Source of the DNA: Candidatus Eiseniibacteriota bacterium
GTDB taxonomy: Bacteria > Eisenbacteria > RBG-16-71-46
Direction: 5' to 3'
DNA: 64,000 bases
Assembly: GCA_031364845.1 (NCBI GenBank)
Contig: JANLWX010000019.1
Span: forward strand, 1-64,000
A program made the translations under genes and the position numbers. Positions 38,691 to 48,479 of this stretch are shown one piece after another. The first letter of the stretch is position 1; every line of letters starts with the position of its first letter. The notes beneath the pieces were generated by a model. That model ran no database searches and was not told where the DNA came from. It worked only from the letters and a program-made list of their open reading frames with translations.

Positions 38691-39053
38691 TCACTGCATC
38701 ATCTTCATCCCCTGCAGCACGCCCATCAGGTGGCTCTTCATCACCGTGTCCTGAGCCGCGAGATTGAGCACTCCGTCGATCATGGTCTGATCGCGAGCGA
38801 CCCGGCCCATCACGTCCTGAGATGCCGCACCGTCCGACAGCACCTTGTCGAGCACCACCGCGCGCGTCGAGTCGCCCGACAACAGGTGATCCATCATCTG
38901 GCCCGCCATCGACGCATCGCCGGTGATCACATCCATCACCGTCGCCTGCATGGCGGGGTTGCTCCTGAGCTGCTTCGCCATGTCGCCACTGCATCCGGTG
39001 AGCAGCGCAACCACACCGGCGACGACGACAACCTGCGTGATCGAGAACTTCAT
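38691..39053 (-). CDS. Met-rich helical-repeat lipoprotein
   Basis: AGGAGG RBS, lipobox LTGC, and six 14-aa repeats. Confidence 0.75.
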   Translation of the reverse strand: MKFSITQVVVVAGVVALLTGCSGDMAKQLRSNPAMQATVMDVITGDASMAGQMMDHLLSGDSTRAVVLDKVLSDGAASQDVMGRVARDQTMIDGVLNLAAQDTVMKSHLMGVLQGMKMMQ

Positions 39054-39141
39054 GAGACCTCCTGGTGGGGGAATGGGTCGGATCGCTTCGTCGATGCCAA
39101 CGACACGATCATGAGCGATGGAAAGCACACCGGCATTCGAA

Positions 39142-40581
39142 TCACGTCCCGGGCGGTGTCTTCGTGTGCCAGTCGGTGCGCGATTGATACAGGCGTCCGA
39201 GATCGATCAACTCGCGCTCGGAGAATGCCGGTCCCATGAACGCGATCGAAGTCGGCAGGCCGTTCTCGCCGAATCCGCTCGGCACGCACAGCGCGGGCAG
39301 GCCACACAGGTTTCCGGCCGGGATCAGCGGCGGTCCGCCGCTCACGCCGGGATAGGCATCTTCGAAATTGCGATCGGTGGGATACGCCACGGTCGCGCGG
39401 CCCGGCGAAACGATCGCATCGAAGCGTTCGAACAGGGTCGCGACCGCGCGCTTCATCGGCGCGCGCAGACGCATCGCCTGCAGATAGTCGACGGCCGGGA
39501 TCATCGTCGCAGCATAGCCACCATGACGGTCTTTGGGGCAGCGCAGCTCCTTCACGCGGCCGGACTCGATCAGATCGATGAACGCGGTCGCTCCCTCGGC
39601 GCCCACGATCGCCGACACCGACGGTCCCCACGGGAAGTCCGGCCACTCGACGTCGCGCGTGACGTCGGCAACATCCGCCATTGCCGTGAGCGCGCGCTCG
39701 AAGTTGTCGCGCACCGCCGGCTGCACTTTTTCAACGACGCCCTTCGGCACCGCGAGGCGAAAGCGCTTGTCGCGGGACGCGTCGTCGGCGTGCTGATAGC
39801 CTCCGTCGACCGAAGTCGGATCCAACGCATCGCGCCCGGCGATTGCGGCCAGCACGAAACCGCAATCGTCCGCGCTGCGGCACATGGGTCCGAGCTTGTC
39901 GAGAGTCCAGCACAGCGCCATCGCACCGTGCCGGCTCACGAGTCCGTAGGTCGGACGCAGGCCACTCACGCCGCAATAGGACGCGGGCGTGATGATCGAG
40001 CCCGAGGTTTCGGAACCGATCGCGAACGGAACCAGTCCCGCCGCAACGGCCGAGCCCGGACCGCTCGAGCTGCCGCCGCTCCAGAACTTCGTGTTCCACG
40101 GTGTGAGGCCGGGGCCAGTGAACGACGCATCCGCGTGGTTGTAGCCCATGCCACCGGCGAGCTCGACCATCGCGAGCTTCGCCACCAGGATCGCGCCCGC
40201 ATCGCGCAAGCGTTCGACCACCGTCGCGTCGTGGTCGAACACCTGCGATCGATAGGGCGCCGCACCCCACGTGGTCGGCACCCCGCGGGTGGCGAGCAGA
40301 TCCTTCACTCCGAATGGAATCCCGTGCAGCGGACCGCGCGACTTGCCGGCCTTGAGCTCGCGATCGGCCGCGCGCGCGGCGCGCAGCGCGGAGTCGCGCA
40401 TCAACGTGACGACCGCGTGATAGCGCGGACCCAGAGTCTGGAGGCGCGAGAGGCTGAGCTCCGTGAGCTGCAGCGATGTCACGCGGCCCGAGCGCAACCG
40501 CGCTCCGAGTTCGCGCAGCGGCAGGAAGGTGAGCGCACTTGCGCCGCGTCGCGGCGTCGAAGCAGTCGCGCGCTCAGGCAT
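39142..40581 (-). CDS. Amidase signature family enzyme
   Basis: GPLHGIPFGVKDL, GGSSSG, IGSETSGSIITPA (Lys-Ser-Ser triad). No signal peptide. Confidence 0.93.
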   Translation of the reverse strand: MPERATASTPRRGASALTFLPLRELGARLRSGRVTSLQLTELSLSRLQTLGPRYHAVVTLMRDSALRAARAADRELKAGKSRGPLHGIPFGVKDLLATRGVPTTWGAAPYRSQVFDHDATVVERLRDAGAILVAKLAMVELAGGMGYNHADASFTGPGLTPWNTKFWSGGSSSGPGSAVAAGLVPFAIGSETSGSIITPASYCGVSGLRPTYGLVSRHGAMALCWTLDKLGPMCRSADDCGFVLAAIAGRDALDPTSVDGGYQHADDASRDKRFRLAVPKGVVEKVQPAVRDNFERALTAMADVADVTRDVEWPDFPWGPSVSAIVGAEGATAFIDLIESGRVKELRCPKDRHGGYAATMIPAVDYLQAMRLRAPMKRAVATLFERFDAIVSPGRATVAYPTDRNFEDAYPGVSGGPPLIPAGNLCGLPALCVPSGFGENGLPTSIAFMGPAFSERELIDLGRLYQSRTDWHTKTPPGT

Positions 40582-40948
40582 GGAACGCGAAGTCCGGTTC
40601 GTCGTGATTGCCGAGCTTCACCGCCCGCAGCAGTTTGCCGGCCTGCATGCGGCCGTCGAGTTCCTTCGTGATCTGCTCGAGCTGATTCGCGTCGAGATGC
40701 TTGCCGTAGCGTCGCTCGATGATGAGTGCGACCGCGCGAGCGTCCTCGGCGAACTCCGAAGGCGGAGCCGGCGGCGTGGCACCGTCGGTCTTTGCGGGTG
40801 CGGCCGGCTCCGGCTTGAGCGGAGGTTTCTCGACCTTGCGGGCCCGGCCCTGGGCGAGAACGGCCGGAGCGATGAGCGACGTGGACAACCCTGCGGCGCC
40901 GACCAGCATGAGAAACCGGCGCCGGCTGGTTCGTGACGATCGGGACAT
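40574..40948 (-). CDS. Small Tat-signal protein, probable amidase partner (GatC-like tail)
   Basis: SRRRFL twin-arginine signal, Pro-rich linker, LRAVKLGNHDEPDFAF. 8-nt overlap with the amidase start. Confidence 0.75.
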   Translation of the reverse strand: MSRSSRTSRRRFLMLVGAAGLSTSLIAPAVLAQGRARKVEKPPLKPEPAAPAKTDGATPPAPPSEFAEDARAVALIIERRYGKHLDANQLEQITKELDGRMQAGKLLRAVKLGNHDEPDFAFHA

Positions 40949-41222
40949 GCATGACCTCGGCCGGCGGCCTGCGGTTCGAACCCGGAATGGGGCGTCCCGG
41001 TCGCCGATGGAACGGTAATGTGGCCGATACGCGCGGCGGGATCAATCCGAAAGCCGCGGATCCCGGTGGAGCTGAGCTCGCGGACCTCAGAGGAGCCCGA
41101 CCGCATTGCGGGCGCTTCCTCGCAACCTCTCCATAGTTTCGGGTTCCTCACCGGTCGCCCCGTCAGGTACCATTGATGCGGCCTGCGCATCCCTCGAACG
41201 ACACCCATGCAATGGAGTCCCC

Positions 41223-42143
41223 GTGTTCTCCCGGCTTGCCAACGCATTCGCCGTGCTCCTGCTGCTGGCGGGAACCACGATCGCGTTCGCCTCCATCCAA
41301 TCCTCGCACGGCCCCATCGCGTCTTCGACAGGTGCGCCCGCCGTCGGCGGCAAGCCTGACGAGTGGAACTGCACGCTCTGCCACTACGCCGGTGGCGACA
41401 ATCTCGACACGCCGGGCGGTGGCGTCGCGATCCTCGGCGCGCCGGCCGTCTATGCGCCCGGTCAGACCTATCCCATCACCGTTCGCGTGAACAGCGACTC
41501 GACTTCGTATTCCGCGACGCGCAAGTGGGGATTCCAGATCACGGCCGTGCGCGCGAGCGACGGCACCGGAGTGGGAACGTTCGTGCTTCCGAACCCCGAC
41601 ACGCTGCAGATTTTGATGGGCGAGGCCGGCGACTTCGCCACGCGCCGTTATGTGGAACACACCTCGGTCGGAACGCGGTCCGGGCTCGGCGGCCCGGTGC
41701 AGTGGACGTTCTCGTGGCAGGCTCCGGCATCTTCAGCCGGCACGGTCTACTTCTTCTGCGCGGCGAACGCCGCCGATGGCACCGGCGATTCCGGAAACGA
41801 CTACGTGTACACGGCGCGCGACACTGCGATCGCGCCGAACGTCGGCATCGTGCCGATCGCCTCGCGAACGGTGCTCGCTCCACCCGCACCGAACCCGGCG
41901 CGCGGTCCGGTCACGCTCCGCTACACGCTCGCCGCGCGAAGCCACATCGAGCTGGCGATCTTCGATCTTCAGGGACGAAGCGTGCGGCGCCTCGCATCGG
42001 GATGGCGCGATGCGGGCCCGGCGAACGTTCGCTGGGACGGCTTGCGTGACGACGGCGCACACGTTTCCAACGGAACGTACTTCGTCCGGCTCGCCACGGG
42101 CTCTGGTCCTGCGTTGACGCGTAAAGTCACGATCGAGCGCTGA
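41223..42143 (+). CDS. Secreted CxxCH plus Reeler/choice-of-anchor V-like protein with FlgD-Ig tail
   Basis: GGAG-GTG start. TGAP...NCTLCH, YAPGQTYPITV, WGFQITA, WTFSWQAP, PNPARG...WDGLRDDG...GTYFVRL. Confidence 0.8.
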   Translation: MFSRLANAFAVLLLLAGTTIAFASIQSSHGPIASSTGAPAVGGKPDEWNCTLCHYAGGDNLDTPGGGVAILGAPAVYAPGQTYPITVRVNSDSTSYSATRKWGFQITAVRASDGTGVGTFVLPNPDTLQILMGEAGDFATRRYVEHTSVGTRSGLGGPVQWTFSWQAPASSAGTVYFFCAANAADGTGDSGNDYVYTARDTAIAPNVGIVPIASRTVLAPPAPNPARGPVTLRYTLAARSHIELAIFDLQGRSVRRLASGWRDAGPANVRWDGLRDDGAHVSNGTYFVRLATGSGPALTRKVTIER

Positions 42144-42158
42144 GCGAAACCTCGCGAC

Positions 42159-42187
42159 TTGCCGAGCCGGCACCGGCGCGGCACAGT
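42159..42187 (+). promoter_or_regulatory. Sigma70-type promoter TTGCCG-N17-CACAGT, probably leaderless
   Basis: The -10 box ends 6 nt before ATG 42194, and there is no SD sequence. Confidence 0.4.
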
Positions 42188-42193
42188 GCGCTC

Positions 42194-42655
42194 ATGAACT
42201 CGCCCGCCGCTTCGCATTCGTCGGATCCTGAATTCACGCGCGTCCGCGACAGCTTCGCGCGCCAGATCGCGATGGCGACGCTCGGAGCGACGCTGGCGCG
42301 CGTCGCCGATGGCGAAGTCGACATCGCGCTGCCGTTCCGCGCGGATCTCACGCAACAGCACGGGTTCCTGCACGCCGGCATCCTCGCCACGATCCTCGAC
42401 AGCGCGTGCGGCTACGCCGCGTTCTCACGGATGCCCGCGGACGCCGCGGTACTCTCGATCGAGTTCAAGATCAACCTGCTCTCTCCTGCCGCCGGAGAGC
42501 GCTTCCTCGCTCGTGGCCGCGTGCTGCGCTCGGGTCGCACGATCACCGTTTGCCAGGCCGATGGATTCGCGATCACCGGCGATTCGGAGAAGCTGATCGC
42601 GACCATGGTGGGAACCATGATGTGCGTCCGCGACAACCCTGCGCTCAGCGGCTGA
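42194..42655 (+). CDS. PaaI family thioesterase
   Basis: LTQQHGFLHAGILATILDSACGYAA and EFKINLLSPA. Confidence 0.93.
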   Translation: MNSPAASHSSDPEFTRVRDSFARQIAMATLGATLARVADGEVDIALPFRADLTQQHGFLHAGILATILDSACGYAAFSRMPADAAVLSIEFKINLLSPAAGERFLARGRVLRSGRTITVCQADGFAITGDSEKLIATMVGTMMCVRDNPALSG

Positions 42656-42687
42656 TCGCCGGGTGCTCTTCAATCACAGGAGGATCC

Positions 42688-43167
42688 GTGTTCTTCCTCG
42701 CATTGTTGTTCTCACTCGCCAGCATCTTCGCCACACCTGCCGCGAAGTCCGGTGCCGTGCCCACGTCTCCCGCGCGCTACTGGGCGCTGCGCCTTGCGCC
42801 GGGCCAGGATCCGCGCGCCGAACTCGAACAGTTCGCCGTGCGCGAGGGCCTGCGCGCCGGCTTCATCGCATCATGCGTGGGAAGCGTGTCGTGCGCTTCC
42901 GTGCGTTTCGCAAATCAGCCCGATCCGACCGTGCGCGAAGGACACTTCGAGATCGTCTCGCTCAGCGGCACGCTCGCAAAAGACGGAATGCACGTGCACG
43001 CATCGTTCTCGGACAGCACGGGTGCAACGTTCGGCGGCCACCTGATGAACGGCTCGCGCGTCTATACGACGGTGGAAGTCGTGATCGGCGAACTGGACCG
43101 GCTCACGTTCGCCAGGGAGTCTGATCCGACGTTCGGATATCGGGAGTTGGTGGTTCGGAAGCGCTGA
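42688..43167 (+). CDS. PPC/DUF296 domain protein
   Basis: AGGAGG-GTG start. LRLAPGQD, FEIVSLSGTL, HVHASFSD...GGHL. Confidence 0.9.
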   Translation: MFFLALLFSLASIFATPAAKSGAVPTSPARYWALRLAPGQDPRAELEQFAVREGLRAGFIASCVGSVSCASVRFANQPDPTVREGHFEIVSLSGTLAKDGMHVHASFSDSTGATFGGHLMNGSRVYTTVEVVIGELDRLTFARESDPTFGYRELVVRKR

Positions 43168-43225
43168 CTCGTGGGTGCAACGCAGGAGCATCGGCCCGAT
43201 CGGTGACGCTGGACCACCGTTGCCG

Positions 43226-43960
43226 TTATTCACCTTCCGCTTTGATCGTCTCCGCCAGCCGGTAGCCGACGCCGGGTTCGGTGAGCAGCAGTTGCGGCCG
43301 GGAAGGATTACGTTCCAGCTTGTGCCGCAACTGGGCCATGTAGACGCGAAGGTAGTGATGCTGTGAGGTGTAGGACGGTCCCCACACCTCGCGCAGCAGA
43401 TGGTCGTGCGTGAGCACTTTGCCCGGATGTTGCGCGAGCGCGGCGAGCAGGCGGTATTCGCGCGGAGTCAGATGCACGTCGCGGCCCGCAATCGACACGA
43501 CCCGCCTGCCGCGATCGATCTGCAGTTCCCCGACCACGACGGTCCCTCCCTCGCTGTTGGCACCCGCCTGCGCTTGCCGGCGCAAAGCGGCGCGAATGCG
43601 GGCGAGCAGCTCTCCCATCGCAAACGGCTTGGTGACGTAGTCATCCGCCCCGGCATCGAGCGCGCGGATCTTGTCGCCTTCCTGCCCGCGCGCCGACAGC
43701 ACGATGATCGGCACCGTCGACCACTCGCGAAGGCGCCGCGTGACTTCGAATCCATCCATGTCGGGGAGGCCGATATCGAGCAGCACGACGTCAGGCGGAC
43801 GCATCGCGGCCGAAACGATTCCTTCCTCGCCGGTGGCGGCTTCGATGAGCTGAAAGTCCTGTCCAACGAGTGCTGCACGCAGGAAGCGGCGCATCGGCTG
43901 CTCGTCCTCGATGACGAGCAGCAGGACCGGAGGACGGATCGGCTCCTTGGGTTCGGTCAT
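43226..43960 (-). CDS. kdpE: Response regulator KdpE
   Basis: LDIGLPDMDG, GADDYVTKPF, YLRVYMAQLRHKLE, LTEPGVGYR. Follows kdpD. Confidence 0.95.
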   Translation of the reverse strand: MTEPKEPIRPPVLLLVIEDEQPMRRFLRAALVGQDFQLIEAATGEEGIVSAAMRPPDVVLLDIGLPDMDGFEVTRRLREWSTVPIIVLSARGQEGDKIRALDAGADDYVTKPFAMGELLARIRAALRRQAQAGANSEGGTVVVGELQIDRGRRVVSIAGRDVHLTPREYRLLAALAQHPGKVLTHDHLLREVWGPSYTSQHHYLRVYMAQLRHKLERNPSRPQLLLTEPGVGYRLAETIKAEGE

Positions 43961-46725
43961 GAAGTGCCCAGCGGCGCATCGAGAGCCGATGCCGATTCCT
44001 CGTCTTCGACCCGCGGCGGATCACCCGCGATCGGCAATGTGACCGTCATGATGGCTCCCCCGCCGGGCCGATTGGCGGCGGTCAGCGATCCTCCGTGTGC
44101 CGCGATGATGCCGTGGCAGATCGTGAGCCCGAGCCCCGAGCCGCGCTGGGCGCCGGCGTCCGAGCCCCGATAGAATTTCTCGAACACACGCGTCTCCTCC
44201 CCCGGCTCGAATCCGCGGCCATGGTCGCCGACTTCGATGATCAACGCATCCGGTCGTTCATCCTTCGTCGAATTCCCGTGGAACGGCACGCGCTTGCGCA
44301 ATCGTGCGGACAGCTCGATCGGCGTGCTCGATGGTGAATACTTGAGTGCGTTGTCCACCAGATTGAAGAGCACCTGTTCCAGCATCAGTTCGTCGAGTGG
44401 AACGAGCGGCATTTCCGGAGGCAATTGCACGTCGACGACCCGGCTGCCGATGGCGGGCTCGAGCCTCGCCAGCGTGGAACCCACGATCTCCTCCAACGAG
44501 TGCCACCCCCTGTTGACGGTGACTCCACCCGATTCGAGTCGTGTCATGTCGAGCAGATTTCCAACCAGACGATTGAGGCGTCCCGCCTCCTCGAAAATCG
44601 TGTCGAGCAGTTCCCGTCGCTCGGCGGGTGATGACGCGCTCTGCTCCGATCGCAGGCTGCTCGCAGCACCCGTGATCACTGCGAGCGGCGTGCGAAGATC
44701 GTGCGACACCGAACTCAACAGCGCATTGCGAAGGCGCTCGGTTTCCACCGCGCTGCGCGCCAGTTCCTCACGAGCCGCGAGTTGGGCACGCTCGAGCGCC
44801 AGCGCCGTTTGGTCGGCGAACGTTTGGAGCAGGCGGAACCGGCTCGGGTCGCGGATCGCGCCAGAATGCCGCGGACTCACGCCGAGGATTCCAAGACTTT
44901 CCCGGGTTCCGGTCAACGGGATGTAGAGCCCGCGCGACGCGGGCAACGTGTCGGTCTCGAGGCCGGCCGGCTGCGCGTGATCGAACGCCCACTGTGCTAC
45001 ACCCAACTCGTGACCGGGTCCGCCGAACAGATCCAGGTCGCCCGCCGCAGGCGCCAGCCGGCCCGCTTCTCCGGGCAGCAGCACGGCCACGGCGCAATCG
45101 AAGACATCGCCCACTCGATGGACGGCTACACCAATGACCTGCTGGGGATCGCTGCTGGCAGACAATTCGCGGCTGAGCTGGAACAATGCCGCGGTCCGCA
45201 ACTCCCGCTGTCGGGCCGCGTGGGCCTGGTCTCTGAGCCTCGCAGCGAGGGTCCCGATCACCAGGGCCACAGAGAGCATGACGGCGAACGTCACGCCATA
45301 CTGTGTGTCGGAGACGGCGAACGTGAAGTAGGGCGGCACGAAACAGAAGTCGAAGACGGCAACGCTCAGAACCGCGGCAAGGATCGCGGGCCACCGGCCG
45401 AATGCCACGGCGCTCACGACGACCCCCAGTAGATAGACCATGACCAGGTTCGACTCGTCGAATGCGGGGCGCATCGCCCATGCGGCGAGGCTCGCCACCG
45501 CCACGATCGCGAGCGCGCCGGCGTAGGAGCGCGGATCGACGCGCGCCGGCTGAGGACGGGGTTCTGGGTCGGCCACGCGAGTGTCTTCGCCTCGGATCAC
45601 GAACACGTCGATCTCGCGGCTGTCCCGGACCAGTGCGCTCACGAGCGAGCCTGAGACCGCTTCGAGCCAGCGTGGGCGCGTCGGCTTGCCGACGACGATG
45701 CGCGTGACGTTGCGTGCCCGCGCAAATGCCAGAAGTTCGTCGCTGACGCGCAGGCCACTCAACATTGCGCACTCGGCCCCGAGTTCCTCGGCCAGTCCCA
45801 TGACGTCCACGATGTGATCGCGAATGCCTGCGTTCTCGCGCAGCAGGGCCGGAGTCTCGACGTAGGCGACGATCCACTCGGCGCGCAGCGCGTCGGACAT
45901 CGTGCGTGCGGCGCGCACCAGCCTCAGCCCCACACTCGGATCTCCGATCGCAACCAGAATGCGCTCGTTAACCGGCCACGAGCGCACGAGGCCCTCGGCC
46001 TTGCGGTAGATGTCCATCTGCGCATCGACGCGACGGGCGGTGCGGCGCAGGGCGAGCTCGCGCAGGGCGATGAGATTGCCTTTGCGAAAGAAATTGTCCT
46101 GCGCCTGGCGAGCCTGCTCGGGCAAGTAGACTTTGCCCTCGCGCAGTCGCTGCAGCAGGTCGTCCGGGGGGAGATCGACGATCTCGATCTCGTCGGCCCG
46201 GTCGATGATCGAGTCGGGAACCGTCTCACGCACGGTCACCCCGGTGATCTGGGCGACGATGTCGATCAGGCTCTCGACATGCTGAACGTTGAGCGTGGTG
46301 TCGACATCGATCCCCGCGGCGAGGAGTTCCTCGACGTCTTGCCAGCGCTTGGCGTGGCGTGATCCGGGCGCATTGGAGTGCGCCAGTTCGTCGAGCAGCA
46401 GCAGGCGGGGCTTGCGGGCGAGTGCCTCGTCAAGATCGAATTCTTCGATCGATGCCGCGCGATGTTCGAGGCGCTTGCGCGGCAGCATCTCGAGACCGTC
46501 GAGGAGCGCGGCGGTCTCTGCACGACCATGCGTTTCCACGATCCCGACCACCACATCGATCCCGGAGCGTTTGCGCTCGTGCGCCTCTTCCAGCATGGCG
46601 AACGTCTTGCCGACACCCGCTGAGGCGCCGAAGAAGATCTTGAGGCGCGCTCGCGCACCCTCCGACTCCTCGTGTCGAATCCGTTTCAGCAGCTCATCGG
46701 GATTGGGGCGCGGCGAATCGGTCAT
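43957..46725 (-). CDS. kdpD: Sensor histidine kinase KdpD
   Basis: GASAGVGKTFAML, DELAHSN, KRWQDVEELL, Usp domain, 4 TM, GAF, SVSHDLRTPL, GLGLTIC. Confidence 0.97.
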   Translation of the reverse strand: MTDSPRPNPDELLKRIRHEESEGARARLKIFFGASAGVGKTFAMLEEAHERKRSGIDVVVGIVETHGRAETAALLDGLEMLPRKRLEHRAASIEEFDLDEALARKPRLLLLDELAHSNAPGSRHAKRWQDVEELLAAGIDVDTTLNVQHVESLIDIVAQITGVTVRETVPDSIIDRADEIEIVDLPPDDLLQRLREGKVYLPEQARQAQDNFFRKGNLIALRELALRRTARRVDAQMDIYRKAEGLVRSWPVNERILVAIGDPSVGLRLVRAARTMSDALRAEWIVAYVETPALLRENAGIRDHIVDVMGLAEELGAECAMLSGLRVSDELLAFARARNVTRIVVGKPTRPRWLEAVSGSLVSALVRDSREIDVFVIRGEDTRVADPEPRPQPARVDPRSYAGALAIVAVASLAAWAMRPAFDESNLVMVYLLGVVVSAVAFGRWPAILAAVLSVAVFDFCFVPPYFTFAVSDTQYGVTFAVMLSVALVIGTLAARLRDQAHAARQRELRTAALFQLSRELSASSDPQQVIGVAVHRVGDVFDCAVAVLLPGEAGRLAPAAGDLDLFGGPGHELGVAQWAFDHAQPAGLETDTLPASRGLYIPLTGTRESLGILGVSPRHSGAIRDPSRFRLLQTFADQTALALERAQLAAREELARSAVETERLRNALLSSVSHDLRTPLAVITGAASSLRSEQSASSPAERRELLDTIFEEAGRLNRLVGNLLDMTRLESGGVTVNRGWHSLEEIVGSTLARLEPAIGSRVVDVQLPPEMPLVPLDELMLEQVLFNLVDNALKYSPSSTPIELSARLRKRVPFHGNSTKDERPDALIIEVGDHGRGFEPGEETRVFEKFYRGSDAGAQRGSGLGLTICHGIIAAHGGSLTAANRPGGGAIMTVTLPIAGDPPRVEDEESASALDAPLGTS

Positions 46726-46770
46726 GGGCTCGAGGGCCTGTTCTGCCTTTCAACAGCTTCCGAAGCTCGA

Positions 46771-47852
46771 CTAGTACGTGAGCGCGATCCCCAACGCCCA
46801 TGTGATCTGCTCGCGTTCTCCGTCGAAGACGATGCGACTGGAGTGATCATAACGGAGTTCAGGACGGATGATCATGCTGGAGGCCGGGTGATAGTTGAGG
46901 GTCGCAGTGAGACTCTCGATCCGCTGCCATCGAGCGCGGGGTATCCCAACACTCCGGAGGTTCGTGCGCCGTCGGCATCGTCCAACACGTCGCCGCGCGA
47001 TGCGAGCGTTCCGGCGCCACCGACCGGAATCGTCCACCAGAGTCCGGCGCCCCAGAATTTTGCCTCAATGCCGTCTTCGGAACCGGCATCGAACTGCGCG
47101 GTCACGGTGGTCGGTCCGAGTAGCGTGGTGGCGAGGATCTCGCCGCCGGTGCGCAGGTCACCATCGTTGCCGGCCCGCTCGGGCCCGGCATACCCGAGCA
47201 GTGCGACACTGGTGCCGGACTGCGGTGTCCAGGTCAGGCGGCCCATCACCGTCTTGGCGGTGTTGTTGTCGACTGCAAGGTCCCATCCATTGAACACAGC
47301 GAGGCGAATGGCCCAGATTGGATTGATGCTCCAACTGGCGTCCACTCCGACGTGCGTGAAGTCTTCGAGGAAGATGAACTGATTGCCCACCGACAGGTTC
47401 GGGTTGAGCGGGCTTTCGATTACTTCGAGTCCCATGATGCTCGCGAACTTGCCCGCGGAGAGCTGCACACTTCCGGAACGCGTGGGCCGGTTCAAGGTGA
47501 CGAACGCCTGCACGAGATCGGCTTGTGGGCCGATGTCCAAACCGGCGGCGTGAATGCCTGTCGCCGAAGCTCCATACAGCAACCGGGCCGTGAATCCCGC
47601 CATCGCGCGGTCCAGAGCGATCGGCCGATCGATCCCGATCTCGAACGCATTGAGGCTGAACTGGTCCTGTCGCTGTCCGTACAGACTGCCCACGATGAAG
47701 CCGCTCCGATCCGCGGACGAATGCTGCGCGGAGGTTTCGACGAAGCCCGAGATCCGGGGGCTGTCGCTCGTGAGTTGCGCATTCGCGATCGACCCTGTGA
47801 TCAGTATCAACGCGAACGCGAACACGGCAACATGACTTCGAAGGCGCGGCAT
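46771..47852 (-). pseudogene. Outer-membrane beta-barrel (putative porin), frameshifted near 46927
   Basis: Signal peptide and QLSAGKF...NPNLS...FTHVG. The C-terminus QRIESLTATLNY...IRPELRYD...GIALTY* lies in another frame; adding one base restores a single ORF. May be a sequencing error. Confidence 0.75.
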
Positions 47853-47882
47853 TGTGAGTCCTCCTGGTCTGCCGATCGGGAC

Positions 47883-48470
47883 CTAACGCGCAGCCGGAAC
47901 CAGGGCGGAGTCGAGTGCTTGATTGAGCTGGAGCACGTTCACGACCGGCTCGCCGAGCAGCCCCAGGGTTCGCCCGGTCGTGAAACGCTGGACGAGTGCC
48001 TGCACGCGATCGACGGGTACCCCCCGCGCACGCGCGACCCGATGAACCTGATACGCGGCCGCCGCCGGGCTGATATGGGGATCGAGGCCGCTGCCGGAGG
48101 CGGTGACGAGATCGACGGGCACGGATGCGCCGGCCTCCGGATCGGCGGCCTCGAGCGCAACGATTCGCGCGTGCGCCGCAGCAACGAGCGCCGGATTCAG
48201 CGGCCCGTAGTTCGAGCCGGATGACGCGGCCGCGTTGTACGGAATGGGACCGGTCGCCGACAAGCGACCCCAGAAGTACTTCGGCTCATCGAACGTCTGT
48301 CCGATCAAACGTGAGCCGGTAGAAATTCCGCCCGCCCTGATCAGACTCCCGCCAGCCTGACTCGGAAACAATCCCCGGGCGAGCGCAGTGACGGCGAGCG
48401 GATAGAGGACTCCGGTCACGATCGTCATGAGCAGCAACACCACCAGCGCCGGACGCAGTTCGCTTCGCAT
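47883..48470 (-). CDS. kdpC: K+-transporting ATPase subunit C
   Basis: GSRLIGQTF, YFWGRLSA, DLVTASGSGLDPHIS, VNVLQLN. Confidence 0.97.
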   Translation of the reverse strand: MRSELRPALVVLLLMTIVTGVLYPLAVTALARGLFPSQAGGSLIRAGGISTGSRLIGQTFDEPKYFWGRLSATGPIPYNAAASSGSNYGPLNPALVAAAHARIVALEAADPEAGASVPVDLVTASGSGLDPHISPAAAAYQVHRVARARGVPVDRVQALVQRFTTGRTLGLLGEPVVNVLQLNQALDSALVPAAR

Positions 48471-48479
48471 TGTCGGACC

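Noticed and set aside
39142..40948. gatCA of the tRNA amidotransferase
   Set aside because: No gatB, and the small protein has a Tat signal.
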